In this document: piece by piece, positions 18,885 to 29,060 of the stretch
How the letters are laid out: each line of letters starts with the position of its first letter
How positions within the stretch are numbered: position 1 is the first letter of the stretch
DNA from: an uncultured Candidatus Saccharibacteria bacterium
Lineage (GTDB): Bacteria > Patescibacteriota > Minisyncoccia > Portnoybacterales > UBA2143
Direction of reading: 5' to 3'
Assembly: GCA_964403725.1 (NCBI GenBank)
Contig: CAYOHI010000003.1
Span: 14,374-78,373 of the forward strand
Length of the DNA stretch: 64,000 nucleotides
The notes under the pieces: model-generated
Told to the model about the DNA's origin: nothing
Databases searched by the model: none
The model's input: the letters and a program-made list of their open reading frames with translations, nothing else
Made by a program: the position numbers and the translations under genes

Positions 18885-19403
18885 ATGAAAACCTTTAGGT
18901 TTTTCTTGTTGACAGTTGTTTTCTTACTCTGGGCTTGTGAAAAGCCTGAGTTTGATCAGTTTTTAACCAGGCTTCAGGATCAGGGTTTTTCGACCAAAGT
19001 TGTTGAGATGATTGTCGGAGAAACAATCCCTGATGAGAAGAAAATTTCTTTCAGTCTTGACGGCGTAGATACCGCCAATATCTTTAAGCTCACCGGATAT
19101 CAGAACTTCCCTGTTTTGAAACTCCCTCTCGATGACGGGAATCCTGATTCTAATCTGGTAATTTTTAAAGATCTATGCGGCCGGGAAATGTACCTGGTTA
19201 AAACTGACAACGGCCAACGCAACGGCAAAATTACACACACTGTCAAGGTCAAAACCCAGTTTGTCATGTACATTGAAGAAATCCACAAAAGACTGGCTTT
19301 CGGTACCGATGTGGTTGCCAGCTACCCATCGGATGCCTGGAAGAAGATTGAATTCGATGATTTTGTTTTCATCGTCTTCATGCACAAACGCGAGAAAGCC
19401 TAA
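18885..19403 (+). CDS. Hypothetical lipoprotein
   Basis: SD GGAGG; MKTFRFFLLTVVFLLWA-C lipobox; own promoter and terminator. Confidence 0.6.
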   Translation: MKTFRFFLLTVVFLLWACEKPEFDQFLTRLQDQGFSTKVVEMIVGETIPDEKKISFSLDGVDTANIFKLTGYQNFPVLKLPLDDGNPDSNLVIFKDLCGREMYLVKTDNGQRNGKITHTVKVKTQFVMYIEEIHKRLAFGTDVVASYPSDAWKKIEFDDFVFIVFMHKREKA

Positions 19404-19425
19404 AATAAACAAGAGGGCATCAAAA

Positions 19426-19458
19426 CAAAAAGGACACGTCAAACGACGTGCCCTTTTT
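19426..19458. terminator. Bidirectional terminator
   Basis: AAAAAGGACACGTC-AAAC-GACGTGCCCTTTTT between the convergent lipoprotein gene and dnaK. Confidence 0.75.
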
Positions 19459-19473
19459 GAATTTTCAAGTATT

Positions 19474-21324
19474 TTACTTCTCTTCTTTCTTTTCTTTCTT
19501 TACTTCCTCATATTCCCCTTCAACTGTCTCTTTCTTATCGTTTTTTCCCTTAATTTCAGGTTCTGATTGTTCAGCTTTTTCTTCTTCTACTTTTTGATAA
19601 AGCTGGGCGCCAATCTTCTGGATTACCTGAGATAATCCATCGATTGCTTTTTTAAGATCCTCAACATTGCTTTCATCTTTGAGTTTCTTAAGATTTTCCA
19701 ATTTCTCATCAACTTCCTTCCTATCTTCTTCCTTAACCTTATCACCTGCCTCTTTTAAGGCTTTTTCTGTTGAGAAAATTAGAGTATCAGCCTGGTTTCT
19801 GATTTCAATCAATTCTTTCTTCTTTCTATCCTCAGCTGCGTGCGATTCTGCTTCTTTTTTCATCTTTTCGATTTCTTCTTCAGACAAAGAAGATGAATCA
19901 GTAATGGTAATCTTCTGTTCTTTGCCGGTTCCTTTGTCCTTAGCGCTGACATTCATGATTCCGTTAGCGTCAATGTCAAAGGTAACCTCAATCTGAGGAA
20001 CTCCTCTTGGAGCTGGCGGAATGCCGTCTAGCATGAATCTACCCAAAGTCCTATTATCAGGAGCCATTGGCCTTTCGCCTTGCAGGACATGGATATCTAC
20101 AGCCGGCTGGTTATCAGCTGCTGTTGAGAAAACCTGGGATTTAGATGCAGGAATTGTAGTATTTCTTTCAATTAAAGGCGTCATTACCTGGCCCAAGGTT
20201 TCAATGCCCAGAGTCAATGGAGTAACGTCTAATAGGAGAACATCCTTGGTTTCTCCTGTCAGTATTCCGCCCTGAATTGCTGCTCCCATAGCTACTGATT
20301 CCATAGGATCAACTCCTCTTTCAATCTTCTTGCCAACGTAGTCTTCAACGAATTTTTGAACTACAGGCATTCTGGTCGGACCGCCAACCATAATGATCTT
20401 TGTAACATCATTAGGAGTCAGTTTGGCATCCTTTAGAGCCTGTTCTAAAGGGCTTTTGCACTTATCAACAACTGGTCTGACTAATTCTTCCAATTTAGCC
20501 CGTGTGATCTTCATGTTCAATTCCTTGTCTTGAGAGATGAAAGGAATGATAATATCTGTTTCAAGCGTGCTTGATAATTCGATCTTAGCCTTTTCAGCTG
20601 CATCCTTAATTCTTTCCATAGCTGTCTTATCTTCACTCAAATCAACATCATTTTGCTTTTTGAATTCTTCAACAACATATTTGACCAATATTTCATCCAT
20701 GTCCGTGCCACCCAATTGGGTGTCGCCTGAAGTTGATTTGACTTCAAAGACGCCTTCGCCAAAATCCATAACGGTGACATCCAGTGTTCCACCACCCAAG
20801 TCAAAGACCAGGATCTTTTCTTCTTGCCCTGCCTTGTCAACGCCGTAAGCCAGAGATGCTGCAGTTGGCTCATTGATGATACGATCAACTTCAAGCCCGG
20901 CAATCTTACCGGCATCTTTGGTAGCTTGCCTTTGTGAGTCATTAAAATATGCCGGTACGGTAATGACAGCTTTGCTAACTGCCTCGCCTAAGAAAGCTTC
21001 GGCATCCTTCTTGATCTTCTGCAGGACATACGCCGATAACTGTTCTGGCGTGTATTCCTTGCCGTTCAGCTTAATCTTATCCTTTGTTCCCATTTTGCGC
21101 TTGAAAGTGGAAACCGTGTTTTCCGGGTTGGTCACAGCCTGCCTTCTGGCTGGCTCGCCCACTAGTAAATTGCCATCTTTGTCAAAAGCGACATATGATG
21201 GGAACGCCTTTCCTCCGCCAACGACTGTTCCTTCAGCTGAAGGAATCATAGTTGGTTTTCCGGCCTCAACTACAGCCGCCGCTGAATTTGAGGTACCTAA
21301 ATCAATACCTATAATTTTACTCAT
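19474..21324 (-). CDS. dnaK: Chaperone DnaK (Hsp70)
   Basis: [37 protein letters not shown]. Confidence 0.98.
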   Translation of the reverse strand: MSKIIGIDLGTSNSAAAVVEAGKPTMIPSAEGTVVGGGKAFPSYVAFDKDGNLLVGEPARRQAVTNPENTVSTFKRKMGTKDKIKLNGKEYTPEQLSAYVLQKIKKDAEAFLGEAVSKAVITVPAYFNDSQRQATKDAGKIAGLEVDRIINEPTAASLAYGVDKAGQEEKILVFDLGGGTLDVTVMDFGEGVFEVKSTSGDTQLGGTDMDEILVKYVVEEFKKQNDVDLSEDKTAMERIKDAAEKAKIELSSTLETDIIIPFISQDKELNMKITRAKLEELVRPVVDKCKSPLEQALKDAKLTPNDVTKIIMVGGPTRMPVVQKFVEDYVGKKIERGVDPMESVAMGAAIQGGILTGETKDVLLLDVTPLTLGIETLGQVMTPLIERNTTIPASKSQVFSTAADNQPAVDIHVLQGERPMAPDNRTLGRFMLDGIPPAPRGVPQIEVTFDIDANGIMNVSAKDKGTGKEQKITITDSSSLSEEEIEKMKKEAESHAAEDRKKKELIEIRNQADTLIFSTEKALKEAGDKVKEEDRKEVDEKLENLKKLKDESNVEDLKKAIDGLSQVIQKIGAQLYQKVEEEKAEQSEPEIKGKNDKKETVEGEYEEVKKEKKEEK

Positions 21325-21338
21325 AATTTTAATTTCCT

Positions 21339-21773
21339 TTATTTTATCTTAATGGGAATTTCTTTCCCTTTGGAAGCCTTGGCTACTTTTGGAATCGTCA
21401 CTTTCAAAACTCCGTTAACGCTTTCAGCCTTGGCTTTGCTGTCCTTGACCTGAACAGGCAGCTTGAGAGACCTCTTAAAGGATCCTCTCTTAATTTCTTT
21501 TCTCAGATAATCCTGTTCTTTGAGTTGCTTCTTTTCTTCAATCTTTCCTTCAATGGTTAAGATATTGTCTTCAATAGAAACTTTAACATCTTTGGGCTTG
21601 ATATTATTCAAAGATATCTCTATGTACAGGTTGCTTTTATCCTGGTAAATATCCAAAGCTGGTTCCTCAGCTCTGAAATGTGGGATAAAAGGAGCCCAGT
21701 CATCCTGACCTGGCATTTCAGGAAGCTGGAATGGGTTTCCTGAATCCCCAAATGGTTTCCATTTTATAGGCAT
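21339..21773 (-). CDS. Small heat-shock protein Hsp20
   Basis: Alpha-crystallin domain: [26 protein letters not shown]. Confidence 0.9.
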   Translation of the reverse strand: MPIKWKPFGDSGNPFQLPEMPGQDDWAPFIPHFRAEEPALDIYQDKSNLYIEISLNNIKPKDVKVSIEDNILTIEGKIEEKKQLKEQDYLRKEIKRGSFKRSLKLPVQVKDSKAKAESVNGVLKVTIPKVAKASKGKEIPIKIK

Positions 21774-21786
21774 AGTTTTATTTTAT

Positions 21787-22272
21787 TTATTTACTTACTT
21801 TGACCTTGCTCGGTCTTAAAACTAAATTATTTAACAAATATCCTTTTTGGACTTCCTCAACGACAGTTCCTGATTTTTCTTTTGACTTGATCTGATCTAC
21901 GGCTTCATGGAATTCTGGATTAAATTCTTCACCTACTGACTTAATCTCTTTTAAGTCATACTTATCCAAAACATTTTTCATCTGTTCCTTTATCTGGCCG
22001 ATTCCTTCATTGTCTTTAGACCCCATTTCAAGACTGTCTAAGACCGGCAGTATCTCTTTTAATACGTTAGCCTGGCCGAAAGTTTTCAATTCTTCCAAGG
22101 CTTTTTCCTGTCTCTGGCGGTAATTAATTAAATCAGCCCGGGCACGCTGGGCCTGGGTCAAGTATTCCTCCTTTTCTTTTTGGCATTGCTTAAGCTTCTC
22201 TTTTAAGCCCTTTTTTTTCTTTTCATCCATACCTTCTTCAGAGATATATGTGATCTTTTTCTTCTTAATCAT
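21787..22272 (-). CDS. grpE: Nucleotide exchange factor GrpE
   Basis: RARADLINYRQR, LPVLDSLE, FNPEFHEAV, QKGY...VLRPSKVKV. Confidence 0.95.
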   Translation of the reverse strand: MIKKKKITYISEEGMDEKKKKGLKEKLKQCQKEKEEYLTQAQRARADLINYRQRQEKALEELKTFGQANVLKEILPVLDSLEMGSKDNEGIGQIKEQMKNVLDKYDLKEIKSVGEEFNPEFHEAVDQIKSKEKSGTVVEEVQKGYLLNNLVLRPSKVKVSK

Positions 22273-22323
22273 TCTTGTATCATTGTATCACTTTTTTTAA
22301 AGTTGTCAAATTTAATTAGCATA

Positions 22324-23274
22324 TTAATTATCTAAAATAACTTCTGCCTTTATTTCTAAAATACATATTTCTGAAGGGAAAATAAGCCCTTCTCCAGAGT
22401 TTTCAATACAGCGATCCTGGATAGAGATAATATCATAAAGAGAAATTTTCACCTGATTATTAAACTGTTCATAATTGCTTGGAAATACCATAATTTCAGT
22501 ATTTTTATTTCTTTCAATATCTCCAATCTTCGAAAAATTCTCGTCATTAATATACCCAATGACATATACTTCTTGATTGGATATCTTCTGTATTTCAAAC
22601 ATATAACTCCAAGCAAAAAAGTTTCTTTGACTACCATCAAATTTTAATCTTTCAATTCTTTCATCATTAACTGCACGTGATATATTACTATAACCGACAT
22701 AACCATATATTTCATCTGGCAATAAATTCAAAGATTCCTGAACTTCTAAAGATCTCACTAATCTTAAGTTATTATTTACAATCTCTGGTTTATCTGGTAC
22801 TCCTCCGTTATTTAAGGAATAAAAATAATAACCTATAGCAAAGCTAATTACTCCAGAGATGATTATCCCCAAAAAAGCTATAATCCACGGATTTTTCAGA
22901 AAATCAACTAGTTTACTAGTTCCTCTAAATAAATTCTTGGGTACATCTATTTTTTCATTTTCATCATAGACCTTAGTATATTTTTTACCATTATATCTCA
23001 CTTCAATAAACAATTTTTTTCTAACACGTTTAAACTCATCTGGAAATATATTATTGTAAATACCATCATAAAACAAAGTATTTCCGCTTATATTCTCAGA
23101 TAATTCCCTAGTTACATCTGTACCTTTGTTATCTAAATAACCTATTTTAGGATCATAATAAAAAGCTCTTACAAGCCTTAGACCTTTGGCAAATATAACA
23201 TATGATATTAACCAAATAATTAAAGCAGAACCTATTTCAACTACCCAAGAATTCATCATTATTTCTTTAAACAT
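22324..23274 (-). CDS. AT-rich hypothetical membrane protein
   Basis: Two TM helices flanking a small soluble domain (DVTREL...NNIFPD...KKLFI). Confidence 0.55.
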   Translation of the reverse strand: MFKEIMMNSWVVEIGSALIIWLISYVIFAKGLRLVRAFYYDPKIGYLDNKGTDVTRELSENISGNTLFYDGIYNNIFPDEFKRVRKKLFIEVRYNGKKYTKVYDENEKIDVPKNLFRGTSKLVDFLKNPWIIAFLGIIISGVISFAIGYYFYSLNNGGVPDKPEIVNNNLRLVRSLEVQESLNLLPDEIYGYVGYSNISRAVNDERIERLKFDGSQRNFFAWSYMFEIQKISNQEVYVIGYINDENFSKIGDIERNKNTEIMVFPSNYEQFNNQVKISLYDIISIQDRCIENSGEGLIFPSEICILEIKAEVILDN

Positions 23275-23396
23275 ACTCTGATAATACCCCTTAAGTCAAT
23301 TTTAGTCAACGCTTAAAAACACCATTCTTAGCCCAAAACATTCCACTTGGTTAAAATATATGATAGAATAAATAAAAATATATGGAGGGTAAACTT

Positions 23397-24311
23397 ATGA
23401 AAAAAATGTCACATAATGATGTCACTTGGATTGACATCCAAAAACCAACCCAAAGCGATTTAGATAAATTAAAGAATGAATTTAAACTAAATCCCTTTAT
23501 TGAAGAGCAATTCTTGCCGCCTATTCACAGGCCTAAGATTGAAGAGTTCCCAGGCCAGCTGTTCATGGCCTTGCATTTCCCTGTTTACAAGAAAAATAGC
23601 AAAGATACAAGGAACGTTGAATTAGATCTAATTGTCCTAGAAAATACCTTGATTACAAGCCATGCCGGCTCTATCCCTGAATTGCAAAACTTCATTAAAG
23701 AATGCGAAGAAAAAGGATACCAACAAAGTCAATATTTCAAAAGCACAGGAACTTTGCTTTTTGAGCTTCTTGATCATTTAATTGACGAATGCCTGCCAAT
23801 GCTGGACCACATTGGAGAAAAGATTGAGAAGATTGAAAACAATGTCTTTAAAGGAAAAGAAAAAGAAATGGTTATGGAAATAGCTATGGTTAAAAAAGAC
23901 TTGATTGATTTTAGAAGAGCAATCAAGCCCCAACGTTCAGTTCTGGATATGCTAAACAGCAAATCAACCAGGCTATTTGATCCATCCATCAAGCCAATGG
24001 CCCAGGAAGTGGTCGGTTCGATTATCCGCGTCTGGAACGTTTTGGAAAACAACAGAGAACTGATCGGATCGATTGAAAGGACTAATAATTCGCTATTATC
24101 GCATAAGTTGAGCGATATTATGAAATTCCTGACTGTCGTGTCATTCATTACTTTCCCCCTTTCCGTCATTGTCGGATTCTTCGGAATGAACATATATACA
24201 GATGTGCCTTTTGTCAAAGAAAACCCTTTTGCCTGGCTATACATCCTTGGCTTGATGTTCGTTACCACAACAATTATGGTTGCTTACTTTAGAAAGAAAA
24301 AATGGCTTTAA
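23397..24311 (+). CDS. corA: CorA-family Mg2+/Co2+ transporter
   Basis: WIDI, HRPKIEE, GFFGMN signature, two C-terminal TMs. Confidence 0.92.
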   Translation: MKKMSHNDVTWIDIQKPTQSDLDKLKNEFKLNPFIEEQFLPPIHRPKIEEFPGQLFMALHFPVYKKNSKDTRNVELDLIVLENTLITSHAGSIPELQNFIKECEEKGYQQSQYFKSTGTLLFELLDHLIDECLPMLDHIGEKIEKIENNVFKGKEKEMVMEIAMVKKDLIDFRRAIKPQRSVLDMLNSKSTRLFDPSIKPMAQEVVGSIIRVWNVLENNRELIGSIERTNNSLLSHKLSDIMKFLTVVSFITFPLSVIVGFFGMNIYTDVPFVKENPFAWLYILGLMFVTTTIMVAYFRKKKWL

Positions 24312-25657
24312 AGATATATAATACTCTTACTCGAAAAAAGGAGGAATTCAAGCCTATCAATGGTAAGAAAGTAGGAATGTATGTCTGTGGCCCGACGGTC
24401 TACGATTCTGGCCATTTGGGACACGCCAAGACATACATCGTTTTTGATATCATTAGGAAATATCTGGAAGAATCAGGCTATGATGTAAAGTTCATTTCAA
24501 ATATCACTGATGTCCATGACAGCATCATCAATAGAGCTAAAAAAGAAAAAGCCACCGTTAAAGAAATCTCTGATAAATATACTGAGGAATTCTTAAAAGA
24601 AATTGATGAGTTGAAAATTAAAAGAGCCAGTGATTATCCAAGGGTTTCAGAATACGTTCCTCAAATCATTGAATTCATTAAGATCCTGGTTGATAAAGGT
24701 TATGCCTATGAAAAAGACGGCTCAGTATATTTCAGCGTTTCTAAGTTCAAGGAATACGGCAAGCTGTCCAGAAGAAAACTAGAGCAAGCCAAATCAGGCA
24801 CGCGCGTTGACCTGGATAAGCATGAAAAAGATGAAGCTGCTGATTTCGCTCTATGGAAAAAGACAGAAGATAGCGACAAAGGAGTCGAATCCAGCTGGGA
24901 TAGCCCCTGGGGACAAGGAAGACCAGGCTGGCATATCGAATGTTCAGTCATGTCCAAAGAGCTGTTAGGCGAGCAGTTCGATATCCATGCCGGCGCCAAT
25001 GATCTGACCTTCCCTCATCATGAAAATGAAGTTGCTCAAAGCGAAGCTGCTTCAGGCAAAAGCCCGTTTGTGAAATATTGGATGCATTCTGGACTTTTGA
25101 CTGTTGATGGGCAAAAGATGTCCAAATCACTTGGCAATTTCATTACCATTCCAGAAATTAAGGCTAAGGGATTCAATTTCTTAGCTCTAAGATATCTTTT
25201 CTTACAGGCCCATTACCGATCTCCCCAAAACTTCACCTGGGAACTGCTTGAAGCAGCCCAGAAGGGATACTTTAATCTTAAAAAACAAATTACAGAATTA
25301 GGAGATGAGATTGGAGATATCAATGAAGACTTAAAAAAAGAATTTAATGATAGAATGTCTGACGATTTCAACACTCCTCAGGCTCTGGTTATTCTCCAGA
25401 AAATACTGAAATCTGATTTAAAGAATGAAGATAAATTAGCCACTATCCTGTATTTTGATAAGATCTTAGGACTTGATTTAAAAGAGAAAGATAAGGTTGA
25501 AATCCCAGACAATATTCAAAAACTAACAGAAGAAAGAGAACAAGCAAGAAATGATAAGGATTTTAAAAAAGCAGACAAGCTAAGAAAAGAGATTGAAGAT
25601 AAGGGTTACCAAATAGAAGACACCGACAAAGGACCGAAAGTATCCCCAAAATACTAA
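24302..25657 (+). CDS. cysS: Cysteine--tRNA ligase
   Basis: CGPTVY, HLGH, GRPGWHIECS, FPHHENE, KMSKS. Confidence 0.98.
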   Translation: MALKIYNTLTRKKEEFKPINGKKVGMYVCGPTVYDSGHLGHAKTYIVFDIIRKYLEESGYDVKFISNITDVHDSIINRAKKEKATVKEISDKYTEEFLKEIDELKIKRASDYPRVSEYVPQIIEFIKILVDKGYAYEKDGSVYFSVSKFKEYGKLSRRKLEQAKSGTRVDLDKHEKDEAADFALWKKTEDSDKGVESSWDSPWGQGRPGWHIECSVMSKELLGEQFDIHAGANDLTFPHHENEVAQSEAASGKSPFVKYWMHSGLLTVDGQKMSKSLGNFITIPEIKAKGFNFLALRYLFLQAHYRSPQNFTWELLEAAQKGYFNLKKQITELGDEIGDINEDLKKEFNDRMSDDFNTPQALVILQKILKSDLKNEDKLATILYFDKILGLDLKEKDKVEIPDNIQKLTEEREQARNDKDFKKADKLRKEIEDKGYQIEDTDKGPKVSPKY

Positions 25658-25729
25658 CAAGTTTTACCTTGCATTGATAAGGTGATATAATTTAGAATAT
25701 ATGGAGGAGGACCTCCATATTTTAATTCT

Positions 25730-27085
25730 ATGGCACAAAAAAAAGAAAAAGGAATACTTCCCCCTCAAAACATTGAAGCAGAACAATCTATTTTAGGCTC
25801 TTTAATGCTGGATAAAGAAGCTATTATTAGAATAGCTGATTCAATCCAGCCAGAAGATTTCTATAAAACGATCCATGGCAATATCTATCAAGCTATGCTT
25901 GATCTCTATGAAAAGAATGAGCCGATTGACCTACTGAGCTTAACTAACTGCTTAGAACAAAGAAAACAACTAGAAGAAGTTGGCGGCAATACATACTTGA
26001 CCAGTCTGGTTAATTCTGTTCCCACTGCTTCTCATGTCGGCCATTACGCTAAGATTGTCAAAAACAAAAAAGTCCTTCGTGATCTGATCGACAACTCAGC
26101 CCAAATCAGCCAATTAAGCTTTCAAGAACCAGAGGATATCGAAGAACTGGTTGACCAGGCTGAACAAAGAATATTCAGCATTTCTCAAAAATCAGTTGGC
26201 CAGAAATTCCATCATATCAAAGACAGCCTGGGAGGCGCTTTTGAAAGAATTGATAAATTACACAGAGGTGATGAAGTCATTCGTGGAGTTCCTACTGGAT
26301 TCATGGATTTAGACAATCATTTAGCCGGTTTCCAAAAAGCAGATATGATTGTTTTGGCAGCTAGACCTAGTTTGGGAAAAACTTCTCTAGCTTTAGACTT
26401 TGCCCGCCATGTTGTCACTAAAGAGAAAAAACCAGTAGCTATTTTTAGCATTGAAATGTCAAAAGAACAGTTAGTTGACAGATTGATTTGCTCTCAGGCC
26501 GGAGTTGATTCCTGGCGCATGAGAACAGGAAGACTATCTGGAGAGGGCCCGGATAATGACTTCCAGAAAATTCAACAGGCTTTAGACGAATTATCAAGCG
26601 CTCCTCTATACATTGACGACACGCCGTCTCCGACTGTCATGCAAATGAGGACCATGGCCAGGCGCCTTCAGTCAAAGAATGAATTAGGATTGATCGTTAT
26701 TGATTATCTGCAGATGATTCAGCCAAGAAGCGGCTTTGACTCGCCTGTCCAGCAAATGACTGAAATTTCCCGCAGCCTGAAAGCCTTAGCCCGTGAATTA
26801 GATGTTCCTGTCTTAGCCTTATCTCAGCTTAACAGGTCTGTTGAAAACAGATCCCCTGCTATTCCTAAATTATCTGATCTAAGGGAATCAGGCGCTATCG
26901 AACAGGACGCTGATGTAGTCCTATTCATTTATAGGGAGGATAAGGACAAGCCTAATCCTGAAAGAAGAAATATTGCTGAAATCCAGATAGCTAAGCATAG
27001 GAATGGTCCTACTGGGAAAATTGAACTGTTTTTCAATGAAAGCCAAATTAGCTTTAAGAACTTAGAAAGACATCTAGGAGAATAG
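25730..27085 (+). CDS. dnaB: Replicative DNA helicase
   Basis: PPQNIEAEQ, AARPSLGKT, IDYLQ, LSQLNR, DLRESGAIEQDAD; no intein. Confidence 0.98.
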   Translation: MAQKKEKGILPPQNIEAEQSILGSLMLDKEAIIRIADSIQPEDFYKTIHGNIYQAMLDLYEKNEPIDLLSLTNCLEQRKQLEEVGGNTYLTSLVNSVPTASHVGHYAKIVKNKKVLRDLIDNSAQISQLSFQEPEDIEELVDQAEQRIFSISQKSVGQKFHHIKDSLGGAFERIDKLHRGDEVIRGVPTGFMDLDNHLAGFQKADMIVLAARPSLGKTSLALDFARHVVTKEKKPVAIFSIEMSKEQLVDRLICSQAGVDSWRMRTGRLSGEGPDNDFQKIQQALDELSSAPLYIDDTPSPTVMQMRTMARRLQSKNELGLIVIDYLQMIQPRSGFDSPVQQMTEISRSLKALARELDVPVLALSQLNRSVENRSPAIPKLSDLRESGAIEQDADVVLFIYREDKDKPNPERRNIAEIQIAKHRNGPTGKIELFFNESQISFKNLERHLGE

Positions 27086-27129
27086 TTATTAACACTTGAC
27101 AATATTATCGCACCACGTTAGTATTATAT

Positions 27130-27411
27130 ATGATAAAGAATTTTAAATGTAAAGAAACTAAAAAAATATTTAGTAGAGAATATTCCCGTAAATTTCCTCA
27201 TTTAATTCAAAGAATAGCTTTAAGAAAACTTTTAATGTTAGATGCTGCCTTAAAATTACAAGATCTTCGGATGCCGCCGTCTAATCATTTAGAAAAATTA
27301 AGCGGGAAAAGAAAAAGACAATATAGTATTCGCGTTAATAAGAAATGGAGAATATGCTTTCTTTGGCATCAAGGAAATGCTTTTGATGTTGAAATAGTTG
27401 ACTACCATTAA
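27130..27411 (+). CDS. higB: HigB (RelE/ParE family) toxin
   Basis: DLRMPPSNHLEKLSG.RK.QYSIRVNKKWRICF.W...VEIVDYH. Confidence 0.92.
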   Translation: MIKNFKCKETKKIFSREYSRKFPHLIQRIALRKLLMLDAALKLQDLRMPPSNHLEKLSGKRKRQYSIRVNKKWRICFLWHQGNAFDVEIVDYH

Positions 27412-27415
27412 AAAT

Positions 27416-27718
27416 ATGTCTAAGAAAATAAAAATAATACACCCTGGTGAAATTCTTAAAGAAGAATTCTTAAAGCCATTAAACATCACCGAATATCGAC
27501 TTTCTAAAGATATTGCCGTTTCCCCACGTAGAATAAATGAAATCACGCATGGAACAAGAGCAATTACTGCAAACACTGCCCTTCGTTTGGGTAAGTATTT
27601 TAGCGTTTCTCCACAATTCTGGTTAAATCTACAATCGCACTATGAATTAGAAATTCAGGCCGAACAATTGAATGATATTTTAGAAAACCAAGTGAAAACA
27701 TTGAATTACACGATGTAA
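27416..27718 (+). CDS. higA: HigA antitoxin (XRE HTH)
   Basis: HPGEILKEEFL, RINEI.HG.RAITA.TALRL, FWLNLQ. Confidence 0.92.
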   Translation: MSKKIKIIHPGEILKEEFLKPLNITEYRLSKDIAVSPRRINEITHGTRAITANTALRLGKYFSVSPQFWLNLQSHYELEIQAEQLNDILENQVKTLNYTM

Positions 27719-27721
27719 TAT

Positions 27722-28309
27722 ATGTTTCCTCAATCAATCCAAGATTTAATTGATCAATTATCTAAATTACCAGATATTGGACCCCGGGCTGCTACCCGGC
27801 TGGTTTTTCATTTAATAAATCAAAATCAAGATGAATTAAATAACTTATCTGGTTCAATAAAGGAATTAAAATCAAAAATTAAACTATGTCCTAATTGTTT
27901 TAATTTAACTAATGACAATTTCTGCACTATTTGCTCAGATCAGAAAAGAGACAAAAGCACAATTTGTGTAGTTGAAACAATTTTAAATGTTCCAGTTATT
28001 GAAAAAACCAAACAATACGGTGGAGTTTACCATATCCTAGGCGGATTGATTTCTCCTGGTAACAATACTGGACCTAATAACTTAAGGATTCAGGAATTAG
28101 TTAATAGAGTTAAGAATAATTCTATTAAAGAGATTATATTCGCCCTATCTCCTACCACTGAAGGAGATACGACAACCTTATACATCGAAAAACTACTACA
28201 ACCTTTTAAAATTAAAACGAGCCGACTAGCACGTGGCTTAAGCGTCGGCTCGGATTTAGAATACGTTGATGAAAATACCCTTAGAAAAGCTCTAGAAGAT
28301 CGGCTTTAG
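27722..28309 (+). CDS. recR: Recombination mediator RecR
   Basis: HhH LPDIGPRAATR, C4 zinc finger, Toprim EGDTT, LARGL. Confidence 0.95.
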   Translation: MFPQSIQDLIDQLSKLPDIGPRAATRLVFHLINQNQDELNNLSGSIKELKSKIKLCPNCFNLTNDNFCTICSDQKRDKSTICVVETILNVPVIEKTKQYGGVYHILGGLISPGNNTGPNNLRIQELVNRVKNNSIKEIIFALSPTTEGDTTTLYIEKLLQPFKIKTSRLARGLSVGSDLEYVDENTLRKALEDRL

Positions 28310-28571
28310 GTTTAGGTGCTTTAGGAATCGGTGCTTCAGAGACTCTTCCATAATGCTTATGAAGTAGATGAGTAACGCCGTAAAACACGGTCATTATGGC
28401 ATGGTAGTCGCAATGATCAGGTAATCCTGCTGCTATTGACGAACATCTCCATGCTAGTTTATCTAATTCTTTCCTAACATTGTGACCAGTTTTACGAAGA
28501 CGAGAGAGTTTACTAAACTCTCCGTTCAACTCATTTAATGACTTCTGGATTACTTCTCGAATTTCGTCCAT
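28281..28571 (-). CDS. Hypothetical protein
   Basis: SD AAGGAGG before ATG 28571; convergent overlap with the recR end. Confidence 0.45.
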   Translation of the reverse strand: MDEIREVIQKSLNELNGEFSKLSRLRKTGHNVRKELDKLAWRCSSIAAGLPDHCDYHAIMTVFYGVTHLLHKHYGRVSEAPIPKAPKPKADLLELF

Positions 28572-28732
28572 GACCCCTCCTTTCATGAACGGATTCAGAA
28601 GGACTTCAACGGAATTGAGATCAGATTCAACTATTTCCTACAGGAACTCAACAACTACAGAAATGAATAATATTTATCCGGTTATCGTTTACCTACTGCC
28701 CTAGTCAAAAGTCTTTCATCCCTCCTTCCTTA

Positions 28733-29038
28733 TTATATTTTTAAAATTTCCACCTCCGTGAAGGGCTGCCTGTGCCCTTTTTTTACTTTATATCTTTTTT
28801 TAGCCTTGTATTTCAAAATAGTAACTTTCTTGTCCCTGTCCTGGGTCAGAACCTTAGCTTCAACTTTAGCGCCTTTGACAAAAGGAGTTCCGATCTTAGC
28901 ATCTTTTCCGTCAACTAAAAGAAGAACCTCTTTAAAGGTTATTTTCTTTCCTTCTTCTGCGTCCAGTTTCTCTACTTTAATTTTATCACCGGGGGAAACC
29001 AAATATTGCTTTCCGCCTGTTTTTATTACTGCAAACAT
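28733..29038 (-). CDS. rplU: 50S ribosomal protein L21
   Basis: MFAVIKTGGKQY...KGHRQPFT. Confidence 0.98.
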   Translation of the reverse strand: MFAVIKTGGKQYLVSPGDKIKVEKLDAEEGKKITFKEVLLLVDGKDAKIGTPFVKGAKVEAKVLTQDRDKKVTILKYKAKKRYKVKKGHRQPFTEVEILKI

Positions 29039-29060
29039 ATGTTTAAATATATCTTATTAA

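Noticed and set aside
22273-22323. CIRCE operator upstream of grpE
   Set aside because: Only TTAGCA is present; the TTAGCACTC-N9-GAGTGCTAA inverted repeat is absent.
28542-28670. Protein-like plus-strand frame (...ERIQKDFNGIEIRFNYFLQELNNYRNE*)
   Set aside because: No ATG/GTG/TTG start or SD, and it overlaps an SD-led minus-strand ORF.
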